64,000 nucleotides of DNA from Desulfovirgula sp. (GCA_020725585.1 DYES01000069.1:1750-65749), one strand, 5' to 3'; positions 8,647 to 18,271 are shown, counted from the stretch's first letter. Made by a program: numbers and translations. The notes: generated by a model from the sequence alone, not told the origin.

Positions 8647-10215
8647 CTAAACTCTGCGCTCGCGCCCCTGCCAGAACACCTCCCTAATTTTCTTTTTGTC
8701 TATTTTTCCGAGGTTCGTTAATGGTATTTCTTTCCAAAACTCCACGCTTTTTGGGGCGTGCAGGCTCCCCTTGCGCTCTTTAACAAACTCAATCAACTCC
8801 TGCTCGGCGGCCTCCCTTCCCTCGTGCAAAACGACGATAGCCTTCACCGCTTCGCCCCACTTTTCATGCGGCACCCCGACGACCGCCACGTTCTTTACCG
8901 CCGGGTGTTCGTGAAGGACGTCTTCGACCTCGCGGGGGTAGATGTTAAAACCTCCGCTCACGATCATGTCTTTGAGCCTGTCCACGATGTATAAAAATCC
9001 TTCTTCGTCCTGGCGCGCCAGATCCCCGGTGTGCAGCCAGCCGTCCCTGATGGTCTGTGCCGTCGTTTCTGGATTTTTTAAGTAACCGTCCATCATGTTC
9101 GGATGGCGGACGATAACTTCTCCAACTTCTCCCGGCGGCACATCATTGCCTTGCTCGTCAACGATTCTCACCTCTGCCGGAAGGGTGGGCCTGCCGCACG
9201 AACTGAAGATCCTTCTTTCTTTTTCAGGATCGGGGATCACGTGGTCTTCCCGCGGCAGGACGCTGATCATCATGGGCGCTTCCGTCTGCCCGTAGAGCTG
9301 GGTAAAAATCGGGCCAAAGGTGTTGACTGCCTGTTTCAAGCGTTCGGGAGCGATGGCCGAAGCTCCGTAAATGACGTTGCGCAGGCTGCTAAGGTCGTAG
9401 TTTTGCAAATCCGGGTAATCAAGAAGGACATAGATCATCGTCGGAACGACGAAAGTGGCCGTAACCTTTTCTCTTTCCACCGTTTCACAAAAGAGCTTTG
9501 GTTCGAAGTGGTCGAGAATCACGCAAGCCCCCTTCCGGAGAAGAACGGGAAGAATGAGGCAGCCGCCCGCGTGAGTGAGGGGGGTGACGTAAGCAAACGT
9601 CTCTTCGTATCCCAGCCCGAGTTCCAGCATTTCCGTCAGGTACGTGCTCACCCAGGAACGGTGCGAAAGCATTACGCCCTTGGGGCGGCCGGTCGTGCCG
9701 CCGGTAAAGTAGATGCCGCAGAGGTCCGCAGGTTCAACCTGCTCCTGCGGTTCTTCCGGCGGGTAGGCGGCAAGCAGATCCTGCAGGCGGTAATGACCCT
9801 TAGGGCACGCGGAAGACTCCCCGACGCAGATAAAGTGCCGGACGGTTTGCAGGCGGGGGATCATTTCCCTCACGCGGCCGGCCATCTTCTCGTGATAGAT
9901 CAGGGCTGAGCATTCCGCGTGATTCATCATGTAAACGTGGTCGTCGGATTTCAAGAGAACGGCTAGGGGCACCCTGACGACGCCAATTTTCGCCAGGGCG
10001 TATTCGCAAAAGATGTATTCTGGGCAGTTGGCCATTAGAAACGCGGCTGTATCCCCTTTTTTAAGACCCATTTTCCTTAACGCGTTGGCCAGGGCGTACG
10101 CGTAACGGCGCATTTCACCGTAGGTATATTTTTGCTCCCCGTACCTGATCGCCACCCGGTCGGCGTAAAAAGTAGCGCACCGGTCGTACAAGCTTCCCAC
10201 CGTCGTTTCAATCAT
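8647..10215 (-). CDS. AMP-forming acyl-CoA ligase
   Basis: 522 aa. Motifs: IYFTGGTTGRPKGVMLSH, YGQTEA, TGDLARQDEEGFLYIVDRLKDMIVSGGFNIYPREVE. Confidence 0.9.
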   Translation of the reverse strand: MIETTVGSLYDRCATFYADRVAIRYGEQKYTYGEMRRYAYALANALRKMGLKKGDTAAFLMANCPEYIFCEYALAKIGVVRVPLAVLLKSDDHVYMMNHAECSALIYHEKMAGRVREMIPRLQTVRHFICVGESSACPKGHYRLQDLLAAYPPEEPQEQVEPADLCGIYFTGGTTGRPKGVMLSHRSWVSTYLTEMLELGLGYEETFAYVTPLTHAGGCLILPVLLRKGACVILDHFEPKLFCETVEREKVTATFVVPTMIYVLLDYPDLQNYDLSSLRNVIYGASAIAPERLKQAVNTFGPIFTQLYGQTEAPMMISVLPREDHVIPDPEKERRIFSSCGRPTLPAEVRIVDEQGNDVPPGEVGEVIVRHPNMMDGYLKNPETTAQTIRDGWLHTGDLARQDEEGFLYIVDRLKDMIVSGGFNIYPREVEDVLHEHPAVKNVAVVGVPHEKWGEAVKAIVVLHEGREAAEQELIEFVKERKGSLHAPKSVEFWKEIPLTNLGKIDKKKIREVFWQGRERRV

Positions 10216-10287
10216 GCTCTCCCACTCCTTGTCTCAACCATTAATTAACAAATGCATTTTGTAACCCGCAGGACTTTTGTTTTGTTC

Positions 10288-12156
10288 TCAAGTTCCCCAG
10301 AAAAAGGTGCTCTCCGGCACAATTAAATATTCCGCTTCCGAACTGAGAACCTGCTTAATTTTCCCGTAAATACGGGGGAGAAGGGTGCCGATGTAAAATT
10401 TGGCCGTGGCAAGCTTCCCCAGGTAAAAGGCCGCCTCCTTATTTTCCTGGGCTAATTTAAACAACTCCTCGGGAGTGCCGGCGCCTGCTTTTTCGGCCAA
10501 CTCCTTTTGCTTTTCGCAGGCGACCGCCGCCTGCCAGAGGTGGAGCCAGGCCAGCACCACGTCCCCGAACAATTCCAGAAAAGGAGTTGCCGCGCCGATG
10601 ACGGTTGCCAGCTCGGGACCCTGACTTCGCTTCAGGAGCTCCATAACCGTTTCCCAAAGCGCGCTCTTTGCTTCGCCCACCGCCTGCGCATAAGGCTTAA
10701 GCAGCTGCTCCTTGCTCGCCTTGGCCAGTGTTTCATCCATGAGCGAAAGAAAACTGGCCAGCACTTTCCCGCCCTTCATCCCTAGCTTGCGGCCAAGGAA
10801 ATCGAGGGCCTGGATGCCCGTCGTTCCTTCGTAAATGGAGGTGATTTTGCAGTCCCGCAAATTCTGCTCCAGCGGGTACTCTTTCGTGTATCCGTACCCC
10901 CCCAGAACCTGAATGGCCTGGGCGCAAACTTCAAAGCCGCGCTCAGAAAGGTACCCTTTCACCACCGGGGTAAGCAAATCAAGGTAGCCCCGCCATAAAT
11001 CCTTCTCTTCTTCTGTGGCGGCAACTTTTTCCTTGTCCATGCACAGGGCGGCAAAATACATCAAAGCCCGGCCGCCTTCCACGTACGCCTTCATGGCCGC
11101 CAGCATTCTGCGCACGTCGGGATGCTGGACGATCGCCACCTTTGGAGCATCGGGCCTGCGCGCCTGGGTGAAGTGCGGCCCCTGGATGCGCTCCCTGGCG
11201 TAGGCCGCCGCCTTGAGATAAGAAGAACTTGCCAGCGCGTTTGCCTGGGTGCCTACAGCAAGCCGCGCTTCGTTCATCATCCGGAACATTATTTCAATTC
11301 CCTGCCGTGGTTTTCCCAACAGGTACCCAACGCACTTCCCCGCGTCGCCGAAGCTGAGCGAACAGGTGGCGGAAGCGTGAATTCCCATCTTATGTTCAAT
11401 GCCCGTACAAACCAAGTCGTTTGCTTCCGCCGGATCGCCCTTTTCATCGAGGAGAAACTTGGGCACCAGGAACAGAGACAGCCCTTTTGTTCCGGGCGGA
11501 TCCCCCTCGATGCGCGCCAGCACCGCGTGGACGATATTTTCCGCCAGGTCGTGGTTGCCGTTGGTGATAAAGATCTTGTTGCCGACGAGGGAATAAGCTC
11601 CGTCCTCCCGCGGGAGCGCTTTCGTGCGGATGGCCCCCACGTCGCTTCCCGCCTGCGGCTCCGTCAGGCACATGGTCCCGCAGAACCTGCCCTCGTAAAT
11701 CGGTCGCATGAATTTTTCTTTTTGCTCTTCATTGCCGAACTCTTCGATCATCTTGGCAACGCCGTGGGAGAGTCCGGAGTATCCGGTCAGGCAACCGTTG
11801 GCCGCGACGAACAGTTCCTTACAGGCCACGTTGATTATCTCCGGCAGGCCCTGTCCGCCCACCTCCGGGTCGTCGGACAAGCAGTGCCACCCGCCTTCGA
11901 TGAGCAGGCGGTGCGCATCGTGAAAAGGCCCGGGCACCTTCACCTCCCCGTTCTCAAAGCGGCAGCCCTCGCGGTCGCCGATTTTGTTCAAAGGCTCCAG
12001 GACGTTGACGGCCAGCTTTTCTGCCGTGTTCAGCACCATTTCGAAATCGTCGCGGGAATACCCGGAAAATTTTTCGTGTTTCGTCAGGCTTTCGACCTCA
12101 AACAACTCGTACAGAAGAAAACGAACATCTCTTGTGTCCACTAAAAGATTGCTCAT
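10288..12156 (-). CDS. large acyl-CoA dehydrogenase with C-terminal extension
   Basis: 622 aa. Motifs CLTEPQAGSD and GGYGYTKEYPLEQNLRDCKITSIYEGT (canonical catalytic Glu), plus an extra helical C-terminal domain of roughly 150 aa. Confidence 0.88.
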   Translation of the reverse strand: MSNLLVDTRDVRFLLYELFEVESLTKHEKFSGYSRDDFEMVLNTAEKLAVNVLEPLNKIGDREGCRFENGEVKVPGPFHDAHRLLIEGGWHCLSDDPEVGGQGLPEIINVACKELFVAANGCLTGYSGLSHGVAKMIEEFGNEEQKEKFMRPIYEGRFCGTMCLTEPQAGSDVGAIRTKALPREDGAYSLVGNKIFITNGNHDLAENIVHAVLARIEGDPPGTKGLSLFLVPKFLLDEKGDPAEANDLVCTGIEHKMGIHASATCSLSFGDAGKCVGYLLGKPRQGIEIMFRMMNEARLAVGTQANALASSSYLKAAAYARERIQGPHFTQARRPDAPKVAIVQHPDVRRMLAAMKAYVEGGRALMYFAALCMDKEKVAATEEEKDLWRGYLDLLTPVVKGYLSERGFEVCAQAIQVLGGYGYTKEYPLEQNLRDCKITSIYEGTTGIQALDFLGRKLGMKGGKVLASFLSLMDETLAKASKEQLLKPYAQAVGEAKSALWETVMELLKRSQGPELATVIGAATPFLELFGDVVLAWLHLWQAAVACEKQKELAEKAGAGTPEELFKLAQENKEAAFYLGKLATAKFYIGTLLPRIYGKIKQVLSSEAEYLIVPESTFFWGT

Positions 12157-12176
12157 CGCCGCCTTCTCCTTTTTTC

Positions 12177-14189
12177 TTATTCCGGATAAAATTTCTTTTG
12201 GAATAGCTGTTTACTCAATCCGGTCAGATCGGCCCATTTCAGCGGGCCGCCCTTGTCCGGCGGGAACCCTGTTCCCCAAATCATAGCCACATCGATGGTT
12301 TTCGGGCTGTCCACAATCCCCGCGTCCAAAAGCTCCTTACCTTTTTTAACAAATTCCCGGTAGAGAGCCATTTGGATTTCTTCGGAAGACATCTCTTTCG
12401 GCGCCCCCTTAACCGCAATGAGGGGCAGCACCTCGGGATCGACCCGCCCGTCTTTTGTAAAGAACCCCTTCCCCGATTTCTTCAGTCCAAAGCGCCCATT
12501 TTCCACCACTCTCTTGAGGGTTTCCGGGGGTTCAATCCCGCAGGCCAACAACGCCTTGTACTGAACGTCGATACCGACCTCGTCGCTTAGCTTAACGGGG
12601 CCTACCGGTAGGCCAAACCGGACCATTGCCGCGTCCACTTTTTCAATCGGTACACCCTGCTCCAGCAGCTCGTAAACCTTTAGGAAATACGGCAGGAGGA
12701 GCGCGTTGACGATAAACCCCGGGTAGTCCCGGCAGACGACCGGGCGCTTTTTAATGGCCGCCGCAAAAGAAATCAGGTTGTAGATAACTTCCGGGCCCGT
12801 CTTTTCGCCGCGGATGATTTCCAGAAGCTCCATCCGCCAGACGGGCGAGAAAAAGTGGGCACCCGCGAACCTTTCCGGGTTTTTCACGGCCCGCGCCATG
12901 CGGGTGATGGGAATGGTGGAAGTATTGCTGGCAATGATGCAATCATCGGGCACGAAGAGGCAGAGTTCCCGGTAAACCGCATCTTTTACCTCGGGGTCTT
13001 CGAAGACAGCCTCGATCACCAGGTCTACATCTTGAAAATCCTCGCCATACTCCGAGGTTGTCTTGACGAGGTTCATCAGGTCGTCGACGGGGGCGCGCAG
13101 TTTGTTCCTTGCGGCCATATCTTCCAGTATTTTTCTCACAAAATCTTCTCCCGGCCCCAGCGCCACGGGATAATCTTTGACCAGCACCGGAATCTGCATG
13201 TGCCGGAGAATTTCGATGACAATCCCGCGGCCCATAGTGCCGAATCCGAGTACTGCCGCCTTTCTTATGGGCCTGGCTTGAAAATCTCGGGGCAACATGC
13301 TCAAAGGCTTGTCTGTTTGTGTTTTAAGAAAGAAGGCATGGATGCTCCCCCTGGCTTCTTTTGAAAACATCACTTCCACGAAGTATCTCTTTTCGACCTC
13401 GAGGCCCTCTTTTAAGGGAAGCCTTACTCCTTCTTGGATAGACTTAAGCGCGTACATGGGCCCGGGGAGCTCCCTCCCCCGGGTGGCCTGCAACACCTTC
13501 TGACGAGCGATTTCAACCGCGGAATCGATCCCCGAGAAATCATGAACGGGCCTTTTCAGGACGGCATTCCCGGCAATAATCTCTCTCAGGAAACTTTTTG
13601 CCTCCTGCAAAAGGTCTTTATCTTCCGGCACCACCCGGTCAACCAAGCCCATTTCGCAGGCCTTTTTAGCCGGCAGGGTTTTCCCGCTCAAAATGAGCTC
13701 AATTGCCGGGTACCCTATCAACCGCGTCAGCCGCTGCGTTCCCCCGCCGCCCGGGAAAAGGCCGAGAAGGCACTCCGGCAGGCCGATCACTGTCGTCTTC
13801 GACTCCCTGGCCAGGCGGGCCGTGCAGGCCAGCGCAAATTCGTACCCCCCACCCAGGCAATGCCCGTGAATGGCGGCCAGGGAAACAAACCTCGCTTCCT
13901 CCAGCCGGTTGAAAACCTGGTGAAAGACATCAAGAGAACCGGCAAATTCTTCGCGGGAGCGGAAGCCCTCCAAAAACTTCAGGTTGGCCCCAGAGTGAAA
14001 ATTGTGGGGCTTTCCGGAAATAAAGATAACCCCCCGCAAATCATCGTCTTTTTCCAGGAAATCAAGAAGCTCCCCGAATTCCCTGGTGGCTTCCTCCGTC
14101 CAGGTGTTCATCTGTTCACCGGGAACATCGAAAGTCACGACGCAAATTTGTCCTTCTTTTACAGGCTGAAAAATTTTCCCAAAACCCAT
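12177..14189 (-). CDS. bifunctional enoyl-CoA hydratase / 3-hydroxyacyl-CoA dehydrogenase (FadB/FadJ-like)
   Basis: 670 aa. The N-terminal crotonase fold carries HGHCLGGGYEFALAC. The C-terminal half has the NAD Rossmann loop AAVLGFGTMGRGI and NTSTIPI. Confidence 0.9.
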   Translation of the reverse strand: MGFGKIFQPVKEGQICVVTFDVPGEQMNTWTEEATREFGELLDFLEKDDDLRGVIFISGKPHNFHSGANLKFLEGFRSREEFAGSLDVFHQVFNRLEEARFVSLAAIHGHCLGGGYEFALACTARLARESKTTVIGLPECLLGLFPGGGGTQRLTRLIGYPAIELILSGKTLPAKKACEMGLVDRVVPEDKDLLQEAKSFLREIIAGNAVLKRPVHDFSGIDSAVEIARQKVLQATRGRELPGPMYALKSIQEGVRLPLKEGLEVEKRYFVEVMFSKEARGSIHAFFLKTQTDKPLSMLPRDFQARPIRKAAVLGFGTMGRGIVIEILRHMQIPVLVKDYPVALGPGEDFVRKILEDMAARNKLRAPVDDLMNLVKTTSEYGEDFQDVDLVIEAVFEDPEVKDAVYRELCLFVPDDCIIASNTSTIPITRMARAVKNPERFAGAHFFSPVWRMELLEIIRGEKTGPEVIYNLISFAAAIKKRPVVCRDYPGFIVNALLLPYFLKVYELLEQGVPIEKVDAAMVRFGLPVGPVKLSDEVGIDVQYKALLACGIEPPETLKRVVENGRFGLKKSGKGFFTKDGRVDPEVLPLIAVKGAPKEMSSEEIQMALYREFVKKGKELLDAGIVDSPKTIDVAMIWGTGFPPDKGGPLKWADLTGLSKQLFQKKFYPE

Positions 14190-14192
14190 TGG

Positions 14193-14768
14193 TCATTTCC
14201 CCTTTATTTGGCCGTCATTTTCCTTTTTTAACTCCCACTCGCAGCAGATTGCGCTGCCCAGCGTCTCGGGCGGCAGCCTCAGCGGCCTGACCTTTATTTT
14301 TGGATCGAAGTTGCGGGCGTACATTTCAAACATAACGCTCTCCACTTCCCGGCAGAAATAATTTTCCCTGCCCTGTCCTTCCTTCACAATCGCCTGCAGG
14401 GTGGGGCAGTTGGCAACTTTTAAAACACCGTGATTTTTATCCAGCAACTCTACCTCAAATTTTAAATTCCCTCCCCAGGGAGACAGCTGCATGGCTTTAA
14501 AAAGAGACTCGACGTCGTTTCCGGTAATGTTGAAAAGTGTGGTGATCCGTTTGAGCTCATACCTGATGTACTTGTCCCACGCCCACAAATCACAGGCCAT
14601 GGCCGTCTTGTCATCAAAGCGCTCTTTCACGGACAGGAACCAGAAACCGTCAATGGCCATAAATAATCTGCTGTACATTTTTAGAGCTTCCACCAAAGTT
14701 TCTCTGGAAAAATGGCTTAAGGTAATTTCCGGACGGAAGCTTCCGCTGTAATCTTTCAACTGGCTCAT
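14193..14768 (-). CDS. conserved hypothetical protein (Cys-containing; no confident family assignment)
   Basis: The ORF runs 14193-14819. The likely start is the ATG at 14768 (MSQLKDY...) after AAGGA. The stop lies 3 nt from the FadB-like start, so it sits in the operon. The C-terminal Cys pattern is NCP...FCRE...ICCEW. Confidence 0.6.
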   Translation of the reverse strand: MSQLKDYSGSFRPEITLSHFSRETLVEALKMYSRLFMAIDGFWFLSVKERFDDKTAMACDLWAWDKYIRYELKRITTLFNITGNDVESLFKAMQLSPWGGNLKFEVELLDKNHGVLKVANCPTLQAIVKEGQGRENYFCREVESVMFEMYARNFDPKIKVRPLRLPPETLGSAICCEWELKKENDGQIKGK

Positions 14769-14828
14769 AAAACAACCATCCTTTTTTAAAGGAATTTGAA
14801 AGTCAACCAACCAGTCCAAAAAGGCTTT

Positions 14829-15971
14829 TTATAATCCGAAAGCTTTGGCAATAATATTTTTTTGTATTTGGGTAGTTCCGCCCCCGATGGAGAGAATTAA
14901 AACATCCCGAAGGTACCTCTGCATGTCAAAATCCATCGCGGCGCTGTACCCACCCAAAATATTCATCCCCTGGAGAACTATTTTTTTGGCGGTTTCTGAG
15001 CTGAACCACTTAGACATGGAAGATTCCTTCGCGCATTCCAGGTGTTGGGTTTCCTTCCAGGCCGCGGAATAAGCTAGCCAGCGGGCTGCTTCGAGCTCGG
15101 TCGCCATTTCCACAAGCCTGTGCTTTATTCCCTGGAAGGCTTCCTCTGAGCTTCCCTTAAATCTTTCCTTGACAAACGTCAGAGCATCCTCGAAAGCCGC
15201 CTGGGCGATGCCCAGGGCGCAGGAAGAGAGGACGAGCCTCTCCGTGTTTAACAGTTTGACCATCTGTGTCCAACCTTTGTGAAGGCATCCTTCTCCCCCC
15301 AGGATGTCTTCCGGAGAAACTTTTACATCTTCGTAAAAAACTTCGCACGTATTTGACCCGCGGTAGCCCAGTTTTTCCAGTGGTCTCGCCTGGTACCCCG
15401 CCGATTTTGTCGGGACAAGAAACGCCGTAATTCCTTTGTGCTTCTCTTCTCCCGTGCGCGCGAAGGTGATCGCAATATCGCAAACGCCCGCCCCGGTGAT
15501 GAAGATCTTGCTGCCGTTAAGGCGATAATAACCGTCCTCGTAAACAGCCCTGGTTTTAATGCTGGCAGCGTCGGAACCGGCATTCGGCTCCGTTAAGGCA
15601 AAACAAAATTTCATTTCCCCTTTGGCCAACACCGGCAAATACATTTTCTTTTGTCCCTCGTTGCCGTTAATGGTGATAATTTCGTTTCCGTATAACAAGA
15701 TGTTGCCCAGCGCCCAGGCCAGGACGGGCAGCCTCTTTGATATCTCCTCATAGATGAGCATTGTGTCGATGACGTCCCCGCCCTCACCCCCGTATTCCTT
15801 TGGAATGTTTACACGCGTAAACCCCAGGCTGCTTAATTTTTTTAAAAGCGCGTCGGGAAATTCATCCTTGGCGTCAATTTCCCTGGCGTATTCCCTAGTG
15901 ATTTCCTTTTCGACAAACTCCCGGATCCGGGTACTTAAATTGCTGCGTTGTTCTGGCAAATAAAAGTCCAT
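14829..15971 (-). CDS. acyl-CoA dehydrogenase
   Basis: 380 aa. Motifs ALTEPNAGSD and GGYSAAMDFDMQRYLRD. The catalytic-loop position reads SIGGGT instead of IYEGT. Confidence 0.9.
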   Translation of the reverse strand: MDFYLPEQRSNLSTRIREFVEKEITREYAREIDAKDEFPDALLKKLSSLGFTRVNIPKEYGGEGGDVIDTMLIYEEISKRLPVLAWALGNILLYGNEIITINGNEGQKKMYLPVLAKGEMKFCFALTEPNAGSDAASIKTRAVYEDGYYRLNGSKIFITGAGVCDIAITFARTGEEKHKGITAFLVPTKSAGYQARPLEKLGYRGSNTCEVFYEDVKVSPEDILGGEGCLHKGWTQMVKLLNTERLVLSSCALGIAQAAFEDALTFVKERFKGSSEEAFQGIKHRLVEMATELEAARWLAYSAAWKETQHLECAKESSMSKWFSSETAKKIVLQGMNILGGYSAAMDFDMQRYLRDVLILSIGGGTTQIQKNIIAKAFGL

Positions 15972-16023
15972 GGGTTATCTCCTTTCCCGCACCGCCCTGG
16001 AAAAAGGGGGCATTTACGGACGC

Positions 16024-16473
16024 TTACCGCTCTTTTTTATGCATCAGGAATTTCATTTCACAGGTTAAAACTACTTCCCCTCGCTGATTGCAGACATTAT
16101 ACCTCCACGTCTGCACACCCTGAGCCGGCTTGCTCGTTTCTCTTTTTTCGATAACCTCCACTTCCACCGTAATCGTGTCCCCTATTTTGACGGGTGCGCG
16201 CATCTTCAGGCTGTCCACGCCCAGCCAGGCGATCACCGCGTCTGCCGCTACTCCCGTCATCCCTACCAGGCCCACCGCCATGCCGAAAATCAGCGGGCCG
16301 TGCGCCACTCTTTCCTTAAAAACTGTTTTGGCGGCATATTCTTTGTCCACGTGCAGCGGATAAAAATCCATAGTCAGGCAGGCCCAGTTGACCACGTGCG
16401 TTTCCGTTACCGTAATTGAAGCTGTTTTAAACTTAAAGCCTATGTCAAAATCCTCCCAAAACTTCTGCGGCAT
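16024..16473 (-). CDS. MaoC-family (R)-specific enoyl-CoA hydratase (hot-dog fold)
   Basis: The ORF runs 16024-16497. The likely start is the ATG at 16473 (MPQKFWEDF) after GAGAGGGGGG. DFYPLHVDKEYA resembles the MaoC D-x-N-P-[LI]-H-x-D loop. Confidence 0.82.
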   Translation of the reverse strand: MPQKFWEDFDIGFKFKTASITVTETHVVNWACLTMDFYPLHVDKEYAAKTVFKERVAHGPLIFGMAVGLVGMTGVAADAVIAWLGVDSLKMRAPVKIGDTITVEVEVIEKRETSKPAQGVQTWRYNVCNQRGEVVLTCEMKFLMHKKER

Positions 16474-16500
16474 AACCGCCCCCCTCTCTCTTTGCAATTT

Positions 16501-16917
16501 TCACTTTTTGACCGGCTTGAATTTAGGCAGCGTTATTTCCTCGGTCAACTTTTCAAAAATAACCTCTACCGGCATGTCGCAGTGAACTTCCTCTGGTGCG
16601 CAGCCGACAACGTTCGTCATCATCTGCACCCCTTCTTCGAGGCGTACCACCGCAACAACGTAGGGCATGTCGGCAAGGAAAGCGGAAGGGGCGTTGTTGC
16701 GCACTATCGTGTATGTATAGACAGTTCCCCTGCCGGAAGACTGCACCCACTCGATGCGGTCCGAAAAGCAGAAAGGGCAGCTCATCCGGGGGTAAAAGAT
16801 ATATTTCTGGCAGTCCCGGCATTTTTGGATGATCAGTTTCCCTTTGCGCGCGGCCTCCCAGTACGGAGCAGTCCAGGAGTTCACCGGCGGGACGGGCTTT
16901 TCTGGCGTATTCATCAT
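16501..16917 (-). CDS. DUF35 Zn-ribbon/OB-fold protein (stand-alone)
   Basis: 138 aa. Zn ribbon CRDCQKYIFYPRMSCPFC followed by an OB-fold segment (GTVYTYTIV...VAVVRLEEG). The stop is 3 nt from the long-ORF start of the MaoC gene (about 27 nt from the preferred ATG at 16473). Confidence 0.85.
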   Translation of the reverse strand: MMNTPEKPVPPVNSWTAPYWEAARKGKLIIQKCRDCQKYIFYPRMSCPFCFSDRIEWVQSSGRGTVYTYTIVRNNAPSAFLADMPYVVAVVRLEEGVQMMTNVVGCAPEEVHCDMPVEVIFEKLTEEITLPKFKPVKK

Positions 16918-17004
16918 ATCCCTCCTTTAACAAATGGTTAAATTTACATCTTTTACCATCAGCTTGAATTAGTCCGGCTTATTGTGAAAGACTAAAAAAC
17001 TTTT

Positions 17005-18192
17005 CTAAGGTATCTCCGTGCCTAAAATTGTCACATAGGAGTCCATGTACGTTCCGCCGGTTGCAGTCACCACAGCAAATCTGGCCCCGCTTACCTGGCG
17101 TTCACCTGCCTTGCCCATCAGCTGCCGCGCCGCTTCCACCATCAAAGCGACACCCCCGCCGGCGCCCGTGTGGCCCTGCGACAGCATCCCGCCGTTGGTG
17201 GTCATGGGCAGCTTCCCGCCCGGCCAGGTATTCCCCGCGTAAACAAAGGCACCTGCCTCCCCACGCTTGCAAAATCCCAGCTCTTCGAGGCCGATCAGTT
17301 GAAACACCGGGTAAGAATCGTAGATTTCCGCAACGTCAATGTCCTCCGGAGACAGGCCCGCCTTCCGGTACGCTTCTTCGGCCGCTTCAGCCCAGGCGAA
17401 ACGCGTCATATCGGGCTCCTGGGAAAGGGCGAAATGGGTGACGCGCGATCCTTCGCCCAGCAAATACACAGGCCGGTCCGTCAATTTCCTCGCCCTCTCG
17501 GCGGAGGTGACAAGAAACGCCGCCCCGCCGTCAGCAAGAACGTTGGATTCTTTCGCCCGCAACGGCGTGGAAAGCATTTTCGAGGCCATCACCTCTTCAA
17601 TGGTAAGGGGCTTGCGAAACATGGCGTTAGGGTTCAGCTCCGCCCACTTCCTGTTCGACACGCATACAGAAGCAAGCTGCTCTTCGGTCGTGCCCGTTTC
17701 GTATACGTAGCGCTGGGTAATCAGCCCGGCGATGGCTGAGTAGTGCAAGCCGTAAGGGGCCTCCCACTCTTTGGAAATTCCCGCCGTAGAAAAAAGATCA
17801 ATTCCCCCCTGTCCGGTTACGCCCGTGCCGAGCCTGTCGGAATGGACGCAGAGCACGCTCCTGGCCAGGCCGAGCAGGATGAGGCCGGCGGCCGTTTTTA
17901 GCATATTGCAACAACTCGAGCCCCCGGAAAAAACCTGAAAGTTCATCCTGGCCTTCCCGCATAAACCAAGCTCTTCTACGATTCGGCAGCAAACCAGTTC
18001 CGTGTTGTACTGGGGGCTCCAAAGGGCAGCCGTTGGAATAACCGCGTCAATCTCTTCTTTCTTTATCCCTGCGTCAATGATGGCCTGTCTGGCCGACGCG
18101 ACGGCAGAGACGATGGGCTCGCGCTCAGGAAACCTTCCGCTGGGAACTTCCCCAATGCCGACGATGGCCACCTTTCCTTTTAAATCGTCCAT
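17005..18192 (-). CDS. SCP-x/thiolase-fold protein lacking canonical catalytic Cys/His (Ltp2-like putative aldolase)
   Basis: The ORF runs 17005-18240. The likely start is the ATG at 18192 (MDDLKGKVAIVGIG) after GGAGGGG. It aligns well by eye to the neighbouring thiolase, but the catalytic positions differ. The nucleophile loop reads FSGGSSCC (thiolase: NMCATAS), EIYDSY replaces EVHDCF, and GGMLSQGHT replaces GGLKCFGHP. Confidence 0.8.
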   Translation of the reverse strand: MDDLKGKVAIVGIGEVPSGRFPEREPIVSAVASARQAIIDAGIKKEEIDAVIPTAALWSPQYNTELVCCRIVEELGLCGKARMNFQVFSGGSSCCNMLKTAAGLILLGLARSVLCVHSDRLGTGVTGQGGIDLFSTAGISKEWEAPYGLHYSAIAGLITQRYVYETGTTEEQLASVCVSNRKWAELNPNAMFRKPLTIEEVMASKMLSTPLRAKESNVLADGGAAFLVTSAERARKLTDRPVYLLGEGSRVTHFALSQEPDMTRFAWAEAAEEAYRKAGLSPEDIDVAEIYDSYPVFQLIGLEELGFCKRGEAGAFVYAGNTWPGGKLPMTTNGGMLSQGHTGAGGGVALMVEAARQLMGKAGERQVSGARFAVVTATGGTYMDSYVTILGTEIP

Positions 18193-18271
18193 TTTTTCCC
18201 CTCCTGCCTCGTTTTGTATAACTGTTGCGCTCTTCTGCAAGCATGTTCAGCCGGCCTACCTACTTTTTTGG

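Noticed and set aside
8527-8721. 64-aa plus-strand ORF in the gap between two ligase genes.
   Set aside because: It overlaps the 3' end of the 8647-10215 ligase, has no ribosome-binding site, and is Leu/Ser-rich like an antisense frame.
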